From positions 1 through 48,537 of the forward strand of contig JBDSWB010000049.1 of the NCBI GenBank assembly GCA_039926915.1: DNA of 48,537 nucleotides. The letters run 5' to 3'. A program made the translations under genes and the position numbers. Source of the DNA: Ramlibacter sp. Its GTDB lineage: Bacteria; Pseudomonadota; Gammaproteobacteria; Burkholderiales; Burkholderiaceae_C. Positions 19,847-29,688 of this stretch are shown here, piece by piece (positions within the stretch are counted from its first letter, which is position 1; each line of letters opens with the position of its first letter). Below the pieces are notes generated by a model. It did not search any database. It was not told the origin of the DNA and worked only from the letters and a program-made list of their open reading frames with translations.

Positions 19847-20562
19847 GTTCGGGCCTGGAACTGTCCTGCGAAACTGTACCGCGAACCGGGATAGAGAAGG
19901 CGGGCCACGCTGGCCACGTGCGCGCCGCTCACCGTGCGCCGCATCATGACCAGGCAAGGTTCGCTGCGCTTGATGTCCAGCGCGCCCGCCTCTTCCGCGG
20001 TTGGCAGGCAGGCTTCGATCGAGTAGCTCGCTTCGGTCAGTGGCGCGTGCTGCAAGAGGTGCAACGTAGGCGAGGTCTGCGTGAAGTCGTTTTCCATGTA
20101 GTCCGGCGCGGCAGCCGGGTTGACGTACCGGTCTTCGTACTGGATGGGCATGCCGTTTTCCATGTGGACCAGCACGGTATGGAAGAGGGTCGCGCCGGCA
20201 CGCAGGCCCAGCGACACCGCGACGGCAGCGCCGGCCTTTTCCCTGCCGGCACTCAGCACGCGCGTGGTGTGGACATGCCCTCGCTCGATCACCTCCTCGT
20301 GAATGTCTCGGATGGTGAGCCGGGACGAGATGCGGTGGAGCTGGGCAACGCGGGTGCCCGAGCCCTGGATGCGGGTGACCAGCCCCTCGGCCGCCAGCTC
20401 GCGCAGTGCCCGATTGACCGTCATGCGGCTGATGCCGAACTGCTGCATCAGGGCCGCTTCGCTGGGCACCGGGTCGCCCGGCTTCCAACGGCCGCTGCCG
20501 ATGTGCTGACGGATCCAGGTCTTGACCTGTTCGTAGGCGGGGACGTCGCTCTTTGCTGCCAT
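19843..20562 (-). CDS. hutC: Histidine utilization repressor (GntR HTH + UTRA)
   Basis: PSEAAL...[32 protein letters not shown]. Confidence 0.95.
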   Translation of the reverse strand: MAAKSDVPAYEQVKTWIRQHIGSGRWKPGDPVPSEAALMQQFGISRMTVNRALRELAAEGLVTRIQGSGTRVAQLHRISSRLTIRDIHEEVIERGHVHTTRVLSAGREKAGAAVAVSLGLRAGATLFHTVLVHMENGMPIQYEDRYVNPAAAPDYMENDFTQTSPTLHLLQHAPLTEASYSIEACLPTAEEAGALDIKRSEPCLVMMRRTVSGAHVASVARLLYPGSRYSFAGQFQART

Positions 20563-20580
20563 GGCCGGAGAATACCCCAG

Positions 20581-20609
20581 TTGACACAAGTTGTATAGAC
20601 AACTAGGAT
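20581..20609 (+). promoter_or_regulatory. hutU sigma70 promoter (TTGACA-N17-TAGGAT) with a HutC operator in the spacer (AGTTGTATAGACAACT, 20589-20604)
   Basis: Consensus -35 and 17-bp spacing. The near-perfect palindrome matches the known HutC site TGTA-N2-TACA (TTGTATAGACAA). Confidence 0.9.
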
Positions 20610-20637
20610 TCGCCGGATCGAACCGCCAGGAGCTGCC

Positions 20638-22341
20638 ATGTCCGACCTGTCCCAAGCCCCCTTCCTCGACAGCAAGGCGCGCGCGGTACATGCACCCCGG
20701 GGCACGCAGCTGTCCTGCGCCAACTGGCAAATCGAGGCCGCCTACCGCATGATCCAGAACAACCTGGATCCGGCGGTGGCCGAGAACCCGGACGAGCTGG
20801 TGGTGTACGGCGGCATCGGCAAGGCGGCGCGCAACTGGCCCTGCTTCGACGCCATCCTCGATTCACTGCGCAAATTGCAGCCCGACGAGACGCTGCTGGT
20901 GCAATCGGGCAAGCCGGTCGGCGTGTTCCGCACGCACGAAGGCGCGCCGCGTGTGCTGATCGCCAACTCCAACCTGGTGCCGAAGTGGGCCACCTGGGAT
21001 CACTTCAATGAGCTGGACCGCGCGGGATTGATGATGTTCGGCCAGATGACCGCCGGCAGCTGGATTTACATTGGTGCGCAAGGCATCGTGCAGGGCACCT
21101 ACGAAACCTTCGCCGAGGCGGGCCGCCAGCACTACAACGGTGACCTGTCGGGCCGCTGGGTACTGACTGCGGGCCTGGGCGGCATGGGCGCCGCGCAGCC
21201 ACTGGCCGCGACATTTGCCGGCGCCTGCTCGCTCAACATCGAGTGCCAGCAATCGCGCATCGACTTCCGCCTGCGCACCAAATACCTGGACAAGCAGGCG
21301 AAGGACCTTGACGAAGCACTGGCGCTGATCCAGCACCACACCTCGCGCAAGGAAGCCGTGTCGATTGGCGTGTGCGGCAACGCCGCCGAGATCGTGCCCG
21401 AACTGGCGAGGCGCGCTCGCGCCGGCGGCATCCGCCCTGACATCGTCACGGACCAGACATCGGCCCACGACATCATCAACGGCTACCTGCCGGTCGGCTG
21501 GACAGTGGAGCAGTGGCAGGCCGCGCAGAAGGACGCCTCGCAGCACGACAAGCTCAAGCAAGCCGCCGGCCAATCCTGCGCAACGCATGTGAAGGCGATG
21601 CTGGAGTTCCACGCCATGGGCATCCCCACCGTGGACTACGGCAACAACCTGCGCCAGGTGGCCAAGGACTTCGGCGTGGCTAACGCCTTCGACTACCCCG
21701 GCTTCGTGCCCGCCTACATCCGGCCCCTTTTCTGCCGCGGTGTTGGCCCGTTCCGCTGGGTGGCGCTCTCCGGCGACCCGGAAGACATCCGCAGGACCGA
21801 CGCGAAGATGAAGGAACTGTTCCCCGACAACAAGCACCTGCACCAGTGGCTGGACATGGCGCAGGAGCGCATCAGCTACCAGGGTCTGCCCGCGCGCATC
21901 TGCTGGATCGGCCTGGGCGAGCGCCACCTGGCAGGCCTGGCTTTCAACGAGATGGTCAAGTCGGGGGAGCTGAAGGCCCCCATCGTGATCGGCCGCGACC
22001 ACCTGGATTCAGGCTCGGTCGCCTCGCCCAACCGCGAAACCGAAGCCATGAAAGACGGCAGCGACGCCGTCAGCGACTGGCCGCTGCTCAACGCCCTGCT
22101 CAACACCGCCAGCGGCGCCACCTGGGTCAGCCTGCACCATGGCGGCGGTGTCGGCATGGGCTACTCGCAGCATGCGGGCGTCGTGATCGTGTGCGACGGC
22201 ACGCCAGAGGCGGCGGCGAAGATCGCGCGCGTGCTCTTCAACGACCCGGCCACGGGGGTGATGCGTCACGCCGACGCGGGTTACGAGATGGCCAGGGCGA
22301 GCGCGCGCGAAAACCACTTAAAACTGCCGATGCTGGGCTGA
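20638..22341 (+). CDS. hutU: Urocanate hydratase
   Basis: [52 protein letters not shown]. Confidence 0.97.
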   Translation: MSDLSQAPFLDSKARAVHAPRGTQLSCANWQIEAAYRMIQNNLDPAVAENPDELVVYGGIGKAARNWPCFDAILDSLRKLQPDETLLVQSGKPVGVFRTHEGAPRVLIANSNLVPKWATWDHFNELDRAGLMMFGQMTAGSWIYIGAQGIVQGTYETFAEAGRQHYNGDLSGRWVLTAGLGGMGAAQPLAATFAGACSLNIECQQSRIDFRLRTKYLDKQAKDLDEALALIQHHTSRKEAVSIGVCGNAAEIVPELARRARAGGIRPDIVTDQTSAHDIINGYLPVGWTVEQWQAAQKDASQHDKLKQAAGQSCATHVKAMLEFHAMGIPTVDYGNNLRQVAKDFGVANAFDYPGFVPAYIRPLFCRGVGPFRWVALSGDPEDIRRTDAKMKELFPDNKHLHQWLDMAQERISYQGLPARICWIGLGERHLAGLAFNEMVKSGELKAPIVIGRDHLDSGSVASPNRETEAMKDGSDAVSDWPLLNALLNTASGATWVSLHHGGGVGMGYSQHAGVVIVCDGTPEAAAKIARVLFNDPATGVMRHADAGYEMARASARENHLKLPMLG

Positions 22342-22352
22342 GTGTGCAAGGC

Positions 22353-23897
22353 ATGGAAATCCTGGTCCCGGGCGAGGTCACGCTAACGCAATTTCGACGG
22401 CTGTGTGCCGGCGAACGCATTCCCGTTGCGCTTGTCCCCGCTTGCCGCGCAGGCGTTACCGCGAGCGCCGAGCTCGTGCGTCGCGCCACCGAGGGCGACG
22501 CGCCGGTGTATGGCGTCAACACCGGCTTCGGCAAGCTAGCCACCACGCGCATCGCGAAGGACGACCTGGCGGTTTTGCAACTCAAGCTGCTGCGCTCCCA
22601 CGCGGTGGGCGTGGGCGATCCGCTGGGCGAGCGCGTGGTGCGTCTCATCCTGCTCCTGAAGGCCGCCAGCCTGGCCCGGGGCTACTCCGGGGTGCGTCCG
22701 GAGGTCATCGACGCCTTGCTGGCGTTGCACAACGAAGGCCTGACGCCCGTGATTCCCTGCCAGGGCTCCGTTGGCGCTTCGGGCGATCTCGCGCCCCTGG
22801 CCCACTTGAGTCTCCCCCTGGTGGGCGAAGGCGAAGTGTTCTACCAGGGCGAGCGGATGCCTGCGGCGCACGGGCTCGAACGCGCGGGCCTGAAGCCACT
22901 CAGGTTGTCAGCGAAAGAAGGGCTTGCACTCATCAACGGTACGCAGGTGTCGACCGCGTTGGCAATCGACGCACTGCTTGCTACCGACCGCCTGTTCGAG
23001 GCAGCCGTAATTTCCGGTGCGCTGACCCTCGACGCCGCGCGCGGCAGCGACGGGCCGTTCGACCCGCGCATCCACGCAGTGCGCGGCCAGCCGGGACAGA
23101 TCGCCAGCGCCAGCGCCTATCGGGCGCTGATGATCGGCAGCGAAATCCGCCATTCGCACCTTGTGAACGACGACCGGGTGCAGGATCCGTATTGCCTGCG
23201 CTGCCAGCCCCAGGTGATGGGCGCGTGCCTCGACCAGATGCGACACGCGGCGCAGGTGCTGGTGTGCGAAGCGAATGCGGTCACCGACAACCCGCTCGTG
23301 TTCGCGCAGGAGGGGGAGATTGTTTCCGGAGGAAATTTCCACGCGGAGCCTGTAGCTCTGGCCGCCGACGGTCTGGCGCTGGCCATTGCCGAGATCGGCG
23401 CCATCGCGGAGCGGCGCATCGCCATGCTGGTGGACACCGTGGCGTCGCGCCTCCCACCTTTCCTGACGCCCGAGCCCGGCCTCAACTCTGGCTTCATGAT
23501 CGTGCACGTTACCGCCGCCGCGCTGGCCTCCGAAAACAAGTCGTTGGCGCATCCGGCCAGCGTCGACAGCTTGCCGACTTCCGCCAACCAGGAAGACCAC
23601 GTCAGCATGGCCACTTTCGCCGCGAGGCGGCTGCAGCCGATGCTGAAGAACACGGCCCACATCGTCGCCATCGAGTTGCTGGCGGCGGCGCAGGGCATCG
23701 AGTTCCTGCGCCCCTTGCGCAGCGCGCCGGGCCTCGAAGGCGTCTTGCGGCTGGTTCGCAGCGTTTCGCCTGCGATGATGCAGGACCGCAGCCTGGCGCG
23801 CGACATCGAAGCGGTACACCATCTTGTCGCAGCCGGCGACATTGGCCATGCCATCGAGTCGCAGATTCCCGAATTGCGGGCCTTGCGGCTTGCATGA
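22353..23897 (+). CDS. hutH: Histidine ammonia-lyase
   Basis: VYGVNTGFG, RSHAVG (His-specific SH), MIO motif GSVGASGDLAPL, SGGNFH, NQEDHVSM. Confidence 0.96.
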   Translation: MEILVPGEVTLTQFRRLCAGERIPVALVPACRAGVTASAELVRRATEGDAPVYGVNTGFGKLATTRIAKDDLAVLQLKLLRSHAVGVGDPLGERVVRLILLLKAASLARGYSGVRPEVIDALLALHNEGLTPVIPCQGSVGASGDLAPLAHLSLPLVGEGEVFYQGERMPAAHGLERAGLKPLRLSAKEGLALINGTQVSTALAIDALLATDRLFEAAVISGALTLDAARGSDGPFDPRIHAVRGQPGQIASASAYRALMIGSEIRHSHLVNDDRVQDPYCLRCQPQVMGACLDQMRHAAQVLVCEANAVTDNPLVFAQEGEIVSGGNFHAEPVALAADGLALAIAEIGAIAERRIAMLVDTVASRLPPFLTPEPGLNSGFMIVHVTAAALASENKSLAHPASVDSLPTSANQEDHVSMATFAARRLQPMLKNTAHIVAIELLAAAQGIEFLRPLRSAPGLEGVLRLVRSVSPAMMQDRSLARDIEAVHHLVAAGDIGHAIESQIPELRALRLA

Positions 23898-23938
23898 AGT
23901 TTGCTTTCAGTCCCTCATATCAACCACGGAGCCCCACC

Positions 23939-24880
23939 ATGAAAAAGTTGCTCGCCCTCTCCCTGATCGCCCTTGCCTGCGGCGCGCACTCGCAGGAAAC
24001 CAAGGTCGCCATCGGCATTTCCGGCTGGACCGGCTTCGCGCCGCTGACGCTGGCCAAGGAGGCTGGCATTTTCAAGAAAAACGGCCTGGATGTGACCATC
24101 AAGAAGATCCCGCAGAAGGACCGCCACCTGGCCATCGCGTCCGGTGACATCCAGTGCGCCGCCACCACGGTGGAAACCTGGGTGGTGTGGAACGCCGCCG
24201 GTGTCGCCACCACGCAGATTTTCCAGCTCGACAAGAGCTACGGCGCGGACGGCATGGTCGTCAGGCCCGGCATCGCAAAGATCAGCGACCTCAAGGGCAA
24301 GACGGTGGGCGCCAGCGCGCCGGGCACCTCGCCCTACTTTGCCCTGGCCTGGATGCTCAAGAAAAACGGCCTGACGCCCAAGGACGTGAAGATCGTCAAC
24401 CTCGAGCCGCAGCCGGCAGCCAATGCCATCATCGCCGGCACTGCCGACCTCGACGCGGCCATGACCTACGAGCCCTACCTGTCCGCCGTCCGCGCCAAGC
24501 CGGAGGCTGGAAAGATCATCGCCACGACGCTGGACTACCCAATGGTGATGGATACGTTTGGCTGCGCACCCAAGTTCCTGGCTGACAATGTCAAGGCCGC
24601 CCAGGCGCTGGCCGACAGTTATTTCGAAGCCATCGAGATGATCAGGAAGGATCCGGCCAGGAGCTTCGAGATCATGGGCGCCGACGTCAAGCAGTCCGGC
24701 GAATCTTTCGGCAAGTCGGCGGGGTTCCTGCGCTGGCAGGACAAGGCGGCCAACCAGAAGTTCTTCGCCGGCGAGCACGCCGCGTTCACCAGGGAAGCCG
24801 CCGATCTGCTGCTGGAAGCCGGCGTCATCAAGGCGATTCCCGACCTGACCAAGCTGGCCGACACCCGCTTCATTCAGTAA
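23939..24880 (+). CDS. ABC transporter substrate-binding protein (NitT/TauT/SsuA family), putative histidine/urocanate uptake
   Basis: Signal peptide MKKLLALSLIALACGAHS, SGWTGFAPL, DKSYGADG, SDLKGKTVG, TYEPY. Directly follows hutH. Confidence 0.85.
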   Translation: MKKLLALSLIALACGAHSQETKVAIGISGWTGFAPLTLAKEAGIFKKNGLDVTIKKIPQKDRHLAIASGDIQCAATTVETWVVWNAAGVATTQIFQLDKSYGADGMVVRPGIAKISDLKGKTVGASAPGTSPYFALAWMLKKNGLTPKDVKIVNLEPQPAANAIIAGTADLDAAMTYEPYLSAVRAKPEAGKIIATTLDYPMVMDTFGCAPKFLADNVKAAQALADSYFEAIEMIRKDPARSFEIMGADVKQSGESFGKSAGFLRWQDKAANQKFFAGEHAAFTREAADLLLEAGVIKAIPDLTKLADTRFIQ

Positions 24881-24881
24881 A

Positions 24882-25655
24882 GTGCGCCCACTCCAGCCCG
24901 TCTCCCCCGGCGCGCGCACCGCGCTGGGGGTCTCCTTCTTCGTCCTGTTCTTCCTGGTGTGGGCGGTGGCTACCCTGGGCGGATTCGTGTCGAAGACCTT
25001 TCTGGCCGACCCGATCACGATGGTGCGTTCGGGGTATGACTTGCTCGCGAACCAGGGTTTCGCCAAGGACATCGGCATGACGGTGTGGCGGGTACTCGGC
25101 GGGTTCGCCATCGCGGCGCTGCTGGCGATCCCGCTGGGCGTGATGATGGGCGCCTACAAAGGCGTGGAGGCGTTCTTCGAGCCCTTCGTCAGCTTCGCGC
25201 GCTACCTGCCGGCGTCGGCCTTCATCCCGCTGCTGATCCTGTGGGCAGGCATCGGCGAGGCGCAAAAGTTGTCGCTGATTTTCATCGGCTCGTTTTTTCA
25301 GCTGGTGCTGATGATCGCGGTGAGCGTGGGCAACACACGCCGAGACCTGGTGGAGGCGGCGTATACGCTGGGCGCCGGCGACCGCGGCATCGTCGCGCGC
25401 GTGCTGCTGCCCAGCAGCGCGCCCGAGATCGCCGAGACGCTGCGCATGGTGCTGGGCTGGGCCTGGACCTACGTGATCGTCGCCGAGCTGATCGGCGCAT
25501 CCAGCGGTATCGGTCACATGATCACCGACAGCCAGGCGCTGCTGGCCACCGACCAGATCATCTTCGGCATCATCGTGATCGGCCTGATCGGCCTGGTCAC
25601 CGATTTCGCCTTCAAGGCGTTCAATCGCAAGCTGTTCCCCTGGGCCCGGCTGTGA
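24882..25655 (+). CDS. ABC transporter permease (NitT/TauT family)
   Basis: EAA loop LVEAAYTLGA, AWTYVIVAELIGASSGIG. GTG start. Confidence 0.9.
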   Translation: MRPLQPVSPGARTALGVSFFVLFFLVWAVATLGGFVSKTFLADPITMVRSGYDLLANQGFAKDIGMTVWRVLGGFAIAALLAIPLGVMMGAYKGVEAFFEPFVSFARYLPASAFIPLLILWAGIGEAQKLSLIFIGSFFQLVLMIAVSVGNTRRDLVEAAYTLGAGDRGIVARVLLPSSAPEIAETLRMVLGWAWTYVIVAELIGASSGIGHMITDSQALLATDQIIFGIIVIGLIGLVTDFAFKAFNRKLFPWARL

Positions 25656-25675
25656 ACCCCACGATGACCCCGCTC

Positions 25676-26467
25676 ATGAGCATTCTCCAGATCACCCGTG
25701 TCTCCAAGACCTTCGACGGCGCCAACGGCGGCACGGTCGCATTGCAAGCAACCGATCTGGCCGTGGAAGAGAACGACTTCATCACCATTCTGGGCCCGTC
25801 GGGCTGCGGCAAGAGCACGCTGCTGCGCATGGTGGCAGGGCTGGACACTCCGACCACCGGCAGCATCGAACTCGATGGCAAACCCGTCAGCGGCCCGGGC
25901 GCGGACCGGGGCATGGTGTTCCAGAGCTACACGCTTTTCCCGTGGCTCACGGTTCTGCAGAACGTCTGCTTTGGCCTGCGCGAGCGCGGCCTGCCTTTGG
26001 CGGAACAACACGCGGTGGCGATGCAGTTCATCGCCAAGGTGGGCCTGAAAGGGTTCGAGGGCCACTTTCCCAAGCAGCTCTCGGGCGGGATGCAGCAGCG
26101 CACAGCGCTGGCGCGAGCCCTGGCCAACAACCCGCGCATCCTGCTCATGGACGAGCCGTTCGGCGCGCTCGATCACCAGACCCGCGAGCTGATGCAGGAA
26201 CTGCTGCAGGGTATCTGGGAAGCGGAGCGCAAGACCGTGCTGTTCGTCACGCACGACATCGACGAAGCGATCTTTATGGGCAACCGCGTGGTGGTGATGA
26301 GCGCGCGCCCGGGCCGCATCAAGTGCGACATCCCGGTTGCAATCGACCACCCGCGGCACTACTCGGTCAAGACCACGCCGGTGTTCACGGAGCTCAAGGC
26401 ACGGCTCACCGAGGAAATTCGTATCGAGGTTCAGCGGGCGGCCGGCCTGCTGGAGGCGAACGCCTAG
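25676..26467 (+). CDS. ABC transporter ATP-binding protein (NitT/TauT family)
   Basis: GPSGCGKST, LSGGMQQR, LMDEPFGALD, VTHDIDEA. Alternative start at 25664. Confidence 0.92.
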   Translation: MSILQITRVSKTFDGANGGTVALQATDLAVEENDFITILGPSGCGKSTLLRMVAGLDTPTTGSIELDGKPVSGPGADRGMVFQSYTLFPWLTVLQNVCFGLRERGLPLAEQHAVAMQFIAKVGLKGFEGHFPKQLSGGMQQRTALARALANNPRILLMDEPFGALDHQTRELMQELLQGIWEAERKTVLFVTHDIDEAIFMGNRVVVMSARPGRIKCDIPVAIDHPRHYSVKTTPVFTELKARLTEEIRIEVQRAAGLLEANA

Positions 26468-26496
26468 CGGCACCGCCCGCTCGAGATGCTCCTTGA

Positions 26497-26530
26497 GCAC
26501 CCGGCACCCGGCACCCGCACCCGGCACACG
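26497..26530. repeat. Intergenic heptamer tandem repeat (GCACCCG), about 5 copies
   Basis: gcacccg gcacccg gcaccc gcacccg gcacacg. Confidence 0.8.
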
Positions 26531-26585
26531 CCCCGTGACCAGGATCACGCCCGAAATGGCTGTGCAGCGTTACAGTGCGCGGCAT

Positions 26586-27587
26586 ATGGATCGATTCGCA
26601 TTTCCTGCCCTTCTGCCGCCGAGCCGCGCGGGTCGGGTCGGCCTGACCTGTTTGTGGGTGGCCGCCGCGACCTGGCTCGCCGGCTGCGACGGCAAGGCGC
26701 CTGCCGGCTGGCACGGCTATGTGGAGGGTGAGTACATCCTGGTGGCGGCGCCCACCGCTGGCCGCCTGGAGCGACGTTTCGTCGACCGCGGCGCGCAGGT
26801 CGCGTCCGCTGCACCCCTTTTCGTGCTGGAGCAGGAAAACGAAAAGGCATCGCGCCAGGAGGCACAGGAGCGCCTGAACAACGCGCAGGCCCGGCTGGCC
26901 AACCTCCAGGGCGCGCGCCGGGGCAACGAGATCGATGCAATCCGCGCTCAGCAGCGCGAAGCGATCGCGGCACGCGACCTGTCGGCAGAGCAGCTGGCGC
27001 AGCAACAGAGGCTGTTCACGGCCAAATTCGTGTCGCAGGCCGCCGTGGACGCGGCGCGCGCCTCCTACCAGCGCGACGTGGCCCGCGTGGCCGAAGCCAC
27101 GGCTCAGCTCGCGACGGCACAACAGTCGATCGGCCGCGACAAGGAGATTGCGGCTGCCCAGGCCGACGTGGATGCGCAACGCGCAGTGCTCGCCCAATCC
27201 GAATGGCGGCTGGCCCAGCGCGCAGTGCAGTCGCCCTCGGTCGCTCTGGTGCAGGAGACCTTCTACTCGGCCGGCGAGTGGGTGCAGGCGGGCGCGCCTG
27301 TCGTCAGCCTGTTGCCGCCGAATGCCGTCAAGCTGAGGTTCTTTGTGGCGGAAGGCGAACTCCCGCGCATGAAAGCCGGCGCCGCGGTTCGGGTGACCTG
27401 CGATGGCTGCGGCACGCCGATCAGGGCGAGCATCAATTTCATTTCGCGCCAGGCCGAATACACACCGCCCGTCATCTACAGCCGGGAACAGCGGTCGCGC
27501 CTGGTCTTCATGGTGGAAGCCCGGCCCCAGCCTGCCGATGCCGCGCGCCTGAGGCCGGGGCAGCCTGTCGACGTGGCGCTCGAGTGA
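26586..27587 (+). CDS. HlyD-family membrane fusion lipoprotein (YbhG-like)
   Basis: Lipobox LAGC, GYVEGEY, coiled coil, AEYTPPVIYS, LRPGQPV. Start uncertain (26556 or 26586). Confidence 0.88.
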   Translation: MDRFAFPALLPPSRAGRVGLTCLWVAAATWLAGCDGKAPAGWHGYVEGEYILVAAPTAGRLERRFVDRGAQVASAAPLFVLEQENEKASRQEAQERLNNAQARLANLQGARRGNEIDAIRAQQREAIAARDLSAEQLAQQQRLFTAKFVSQAAVDAARASYQRDVARVAEATAQLATAQQSIGRDKEIAAAQADVDAQRAVLAQSEWRLAQRAVQSPSVALVQETFYSAGEWVQAGAPVVSLLPPNAVKLRFFVAEGELPRMKAGAAVRVTCDGCGTPIRASINFISRQAEYTPPVIYSREQRSRLVFMVEARPQPADAARLRPGQPVDVALE

Positions 27588-27591
27588 CCGC

Positions 27592-28518
27592 ATGGCCGGC
27601 GGCGACCTGGTCATCGACGTTCATGGCCTGAACAAGCATTTCGGCCCCAAGCATGTCGTGAAGGACCTGTCGCTTCAGGTGCGGCGCGGCGAAATCTATG
27701 GGTTTCTCGGCCCCAACGGCAGCGGCAAGACCACGTCGATCCGCATGCTCTGCGGGCTGCTGACGCCGGACTCCGGCAGCGGCACCTGCCTCGGCCACGA
27801 CCTCATCCGCGAGACCTCCGCCATCAAGCGCGAAGTGGGCTACATGACGCAGCGTTTCTCGCTGTGGGAGGACCTCACCATCCGTGAGAACCTGGACTTC
27901 GTGGGCCGGATGTACAGCATGCCGGATCGCAAACATGCGGTTGACGGCGCCATCGAAAAGTTGGGCCTCGCGCAGCGGCAGGACCAGCTGGCGGGGGATC
28001 TTTCAGGCGGCTGGAAGCAGCGGCTGGCGCTGGCGGCCTGCATGTTGCACGAGCCGCTGCTGTTGCTGCTCGACGAGCCCACGGCCGGCGTCGACCCCAA
28101 GGCGCGCCGCGACTTCTGGGACGAGCTCCACCGGCTCGCGGCATCGGGCATCACCGTGCTGGTGTCGACGCATTACATGGATGAGGCGGAGCGCTGCCAC
28201 CGGCTGGCCTACCTGGCCGACGGCCGGCTGCTGGCGACGGGGACAGCCACCGAAGTGGTGGCCGCCCAGGCGCTCTCTGGCTACGACGTGCGCGGTTCGG
28301 ACCTGCAGGCGTTGGCCGAACGGCTGCGTCGCGAGCCGGGTGTGAGCCAGGTCACCGCGTTTGGCACCACATTGCATGTGGTCGGGCGGGAAGCCGGCGC
28401 ACTGGCCGCGACGGCAGAGCGCATCGGGGCGGAAGGCCAGTCGCGCTGGGAAGCGATGTCACCCGGGCTGGAGGATGTCTTCATCAGCCTGATGCAGGAT
28501 GAGAAGGGCCCGAAATGA
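27592..28518 (+). CDS. ABC-2 type exporter ATP-binding protein (YbhF-like)
   Basis: GPNGSGKTT, LSGGWKQR, LDEPTAGVDP, STHYMDEAERC. Confidence 0.92.
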   Translation: MAGGDLVIDVHGLNKHFGPKHVVKDLSLQVRRGEIYGFLGPNGSGKTTSIRMLCGLLTPDSGSGTCLGHDLIRETSAIKREVGYMTQRFSLWEDLTIRENLDFVGRMYSMPDRKHAVDGAIEKLGLAQRQDQLAGDLSGGWKQRLALAACMLHEPLLLLLDEPTAGVDPKARRDFWDELHRLAASGITVLVSTHYMDEAERCHRLAYLADGRLLATGTATEVVAAQALSGYDVRGSDLQALAERLRREPGVSQVTAFGTTLHVVGREAGALAATAERIGAEGQSRWEAMSPGLEDVFISLMQDEKGPK

Positions 28519-29654
28519 AGATCCCCGCCCTGTCATGGTCGCGCTGGGTGGGCATCATCGTCAAGGAATTCATCCAGCTGCGGCGCGACCGCCTCACCTT
28601 CGGCATGGTGGTGGGCATCCCGATCATTCAACTCATCCTGTTCGGCTTCGCGATCAATTCCGACCCACGCCAGTTACCCACCGCGGTGCTCGACGCGGAC
28701 CACAGCCCCTACGCGCGCAGCATCGTGCAGGGACTGCGCAACAGCGGCTACTTCCGCATCGACCATGACGTGGCCAGCCCGGCCCAGGCCGACGCGCTGA
28801 TCGCCAGCGGCGCCGTGCAGTTCGTCGTCACGATTCCCGCGCAGTTCGGTCGTGCACTGGTGCGCGGGGACAAGCCGGTGCTGCTGGTCGAAGCCGACGC
28901 CACCGACCCCAGCGCGACGGGCAACGCCATAGCCGCCCTGCAGGGCGCGGTGCGCACCGCGCTGGCGCACGACCTGGTCGGCCCGCTCGCGCGCCTGAAC
29001 CCGCCCGCCGACGCGGTCGACCTGCGCATCCACCGCCACTACAACCCCGAGGGCGTCACCGCCTACAACATCGTTCCCGGGCTGCTGGGCACCATCCTGA
29101 CGATGACAATGATCCTCATGACCGGCCTGGCCATGACCCGCGAGCGAGAACGCGGCACTTTCGAGAACCTGCTGGCGACTCCGGCGTTGCCGATCGAGGT
29201 GATGACCGGCAAGATCGTCCCCTACATCCTGATCGGCCTGGTGCAGGTCACGCTGCTGATCCTGGCGGCGCTGTGGCTGTTCGACGTGCCGCTGGCGGGC
29301 AGCGTCGCGGCGCTTTACCTGGCCGTGCTGCTATTCATCGCGGCCAACCTGTCGCTCGGCATCACATTCTCCTCACTGGCGCGCAACCAGCTGCAGGCGA
29401 TGCAGATGACCTTCTTCTTCTTCCTCCCCTCGATGCTGCTGTCCGGGTTCATGTTTCCCTTCCGGGGCATGCCGGTGTGGGCGCAATGGATCGGCAACCT
29501 GCTGCCACTCACGCACTTCCTCCGGCTGGTACGCGGCATCATGCTCAAGGGCAGCGGGCTGCTGGAATTGTGGCCCTCCGTGTGGCCGATCCTGCTGTTC
29601 CTGGCCATCGTGATGACCGTGGGCCTCGCGGTCTACCGCAAGACCCTGGACTGA
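28515..29654 (+). CDS. ABC-2 type exporter permease (YbhS/YbhR-like)
   Basis: KEFIQLRRDR, RERERGTFENLL, LLSGFMFP, PLTHF. ATGA overlap with the ATPase gene. Confidence 0.92.
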   Translation: MKIPALSWSRWVGIIVKEFIQLRRDRLTFGMVVGIPIIQLILFGFAINSDPRQLPTAVLDADHSPYARSIVQGLRNSGYFRIDHDVASPAQADALIASGAVQFVVTIPAQFGRALVRGDKPVLLVEADATDPSATGNAIAALQGAVRTALAHDLVGPLARLNPPADAVDLRIHRHYNPEGVTAYNIVPGLLGTILTMTMILMTGLAMTRERERGTFENLLATPALPIEVMTGKIVPYILIGLVQVTLLILAALWLFDVPLAGSVAALYLAVLLFIAANLSLGITFSSLARNQLQAMQMTFFFFLPSMLLSGFMFPFRGMPVWAQWIGNLLPLTHFLRLVRGIMLKGSGLLELWPSVWPILLFLAIVMTVGLAVYRKTLD

Positions 29655-29688
29655 GCCTGCGCCCGAAAGACCCGCCGCGACAGTCGCG

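Noticed and set aside
22353-23897. HutH as an ergothionase or PAL/TAL, prompted by the nearby sulfur-transport genes
   Set aside because: The intact Ala-Ser-Gly MIO motif, the SH specificity residues and the full canonical hut context indicate an ordinary histidine ammonia-lyase.
22403-24880. 825-aa ORF suggesting a large fusion with the ABC substrate-binding protein
   Set aside because: The first ~510 codons are an Arg/Ala-rich off-frame read of hutH. The real gene starts at 23939 with an RBS and signal peptide.
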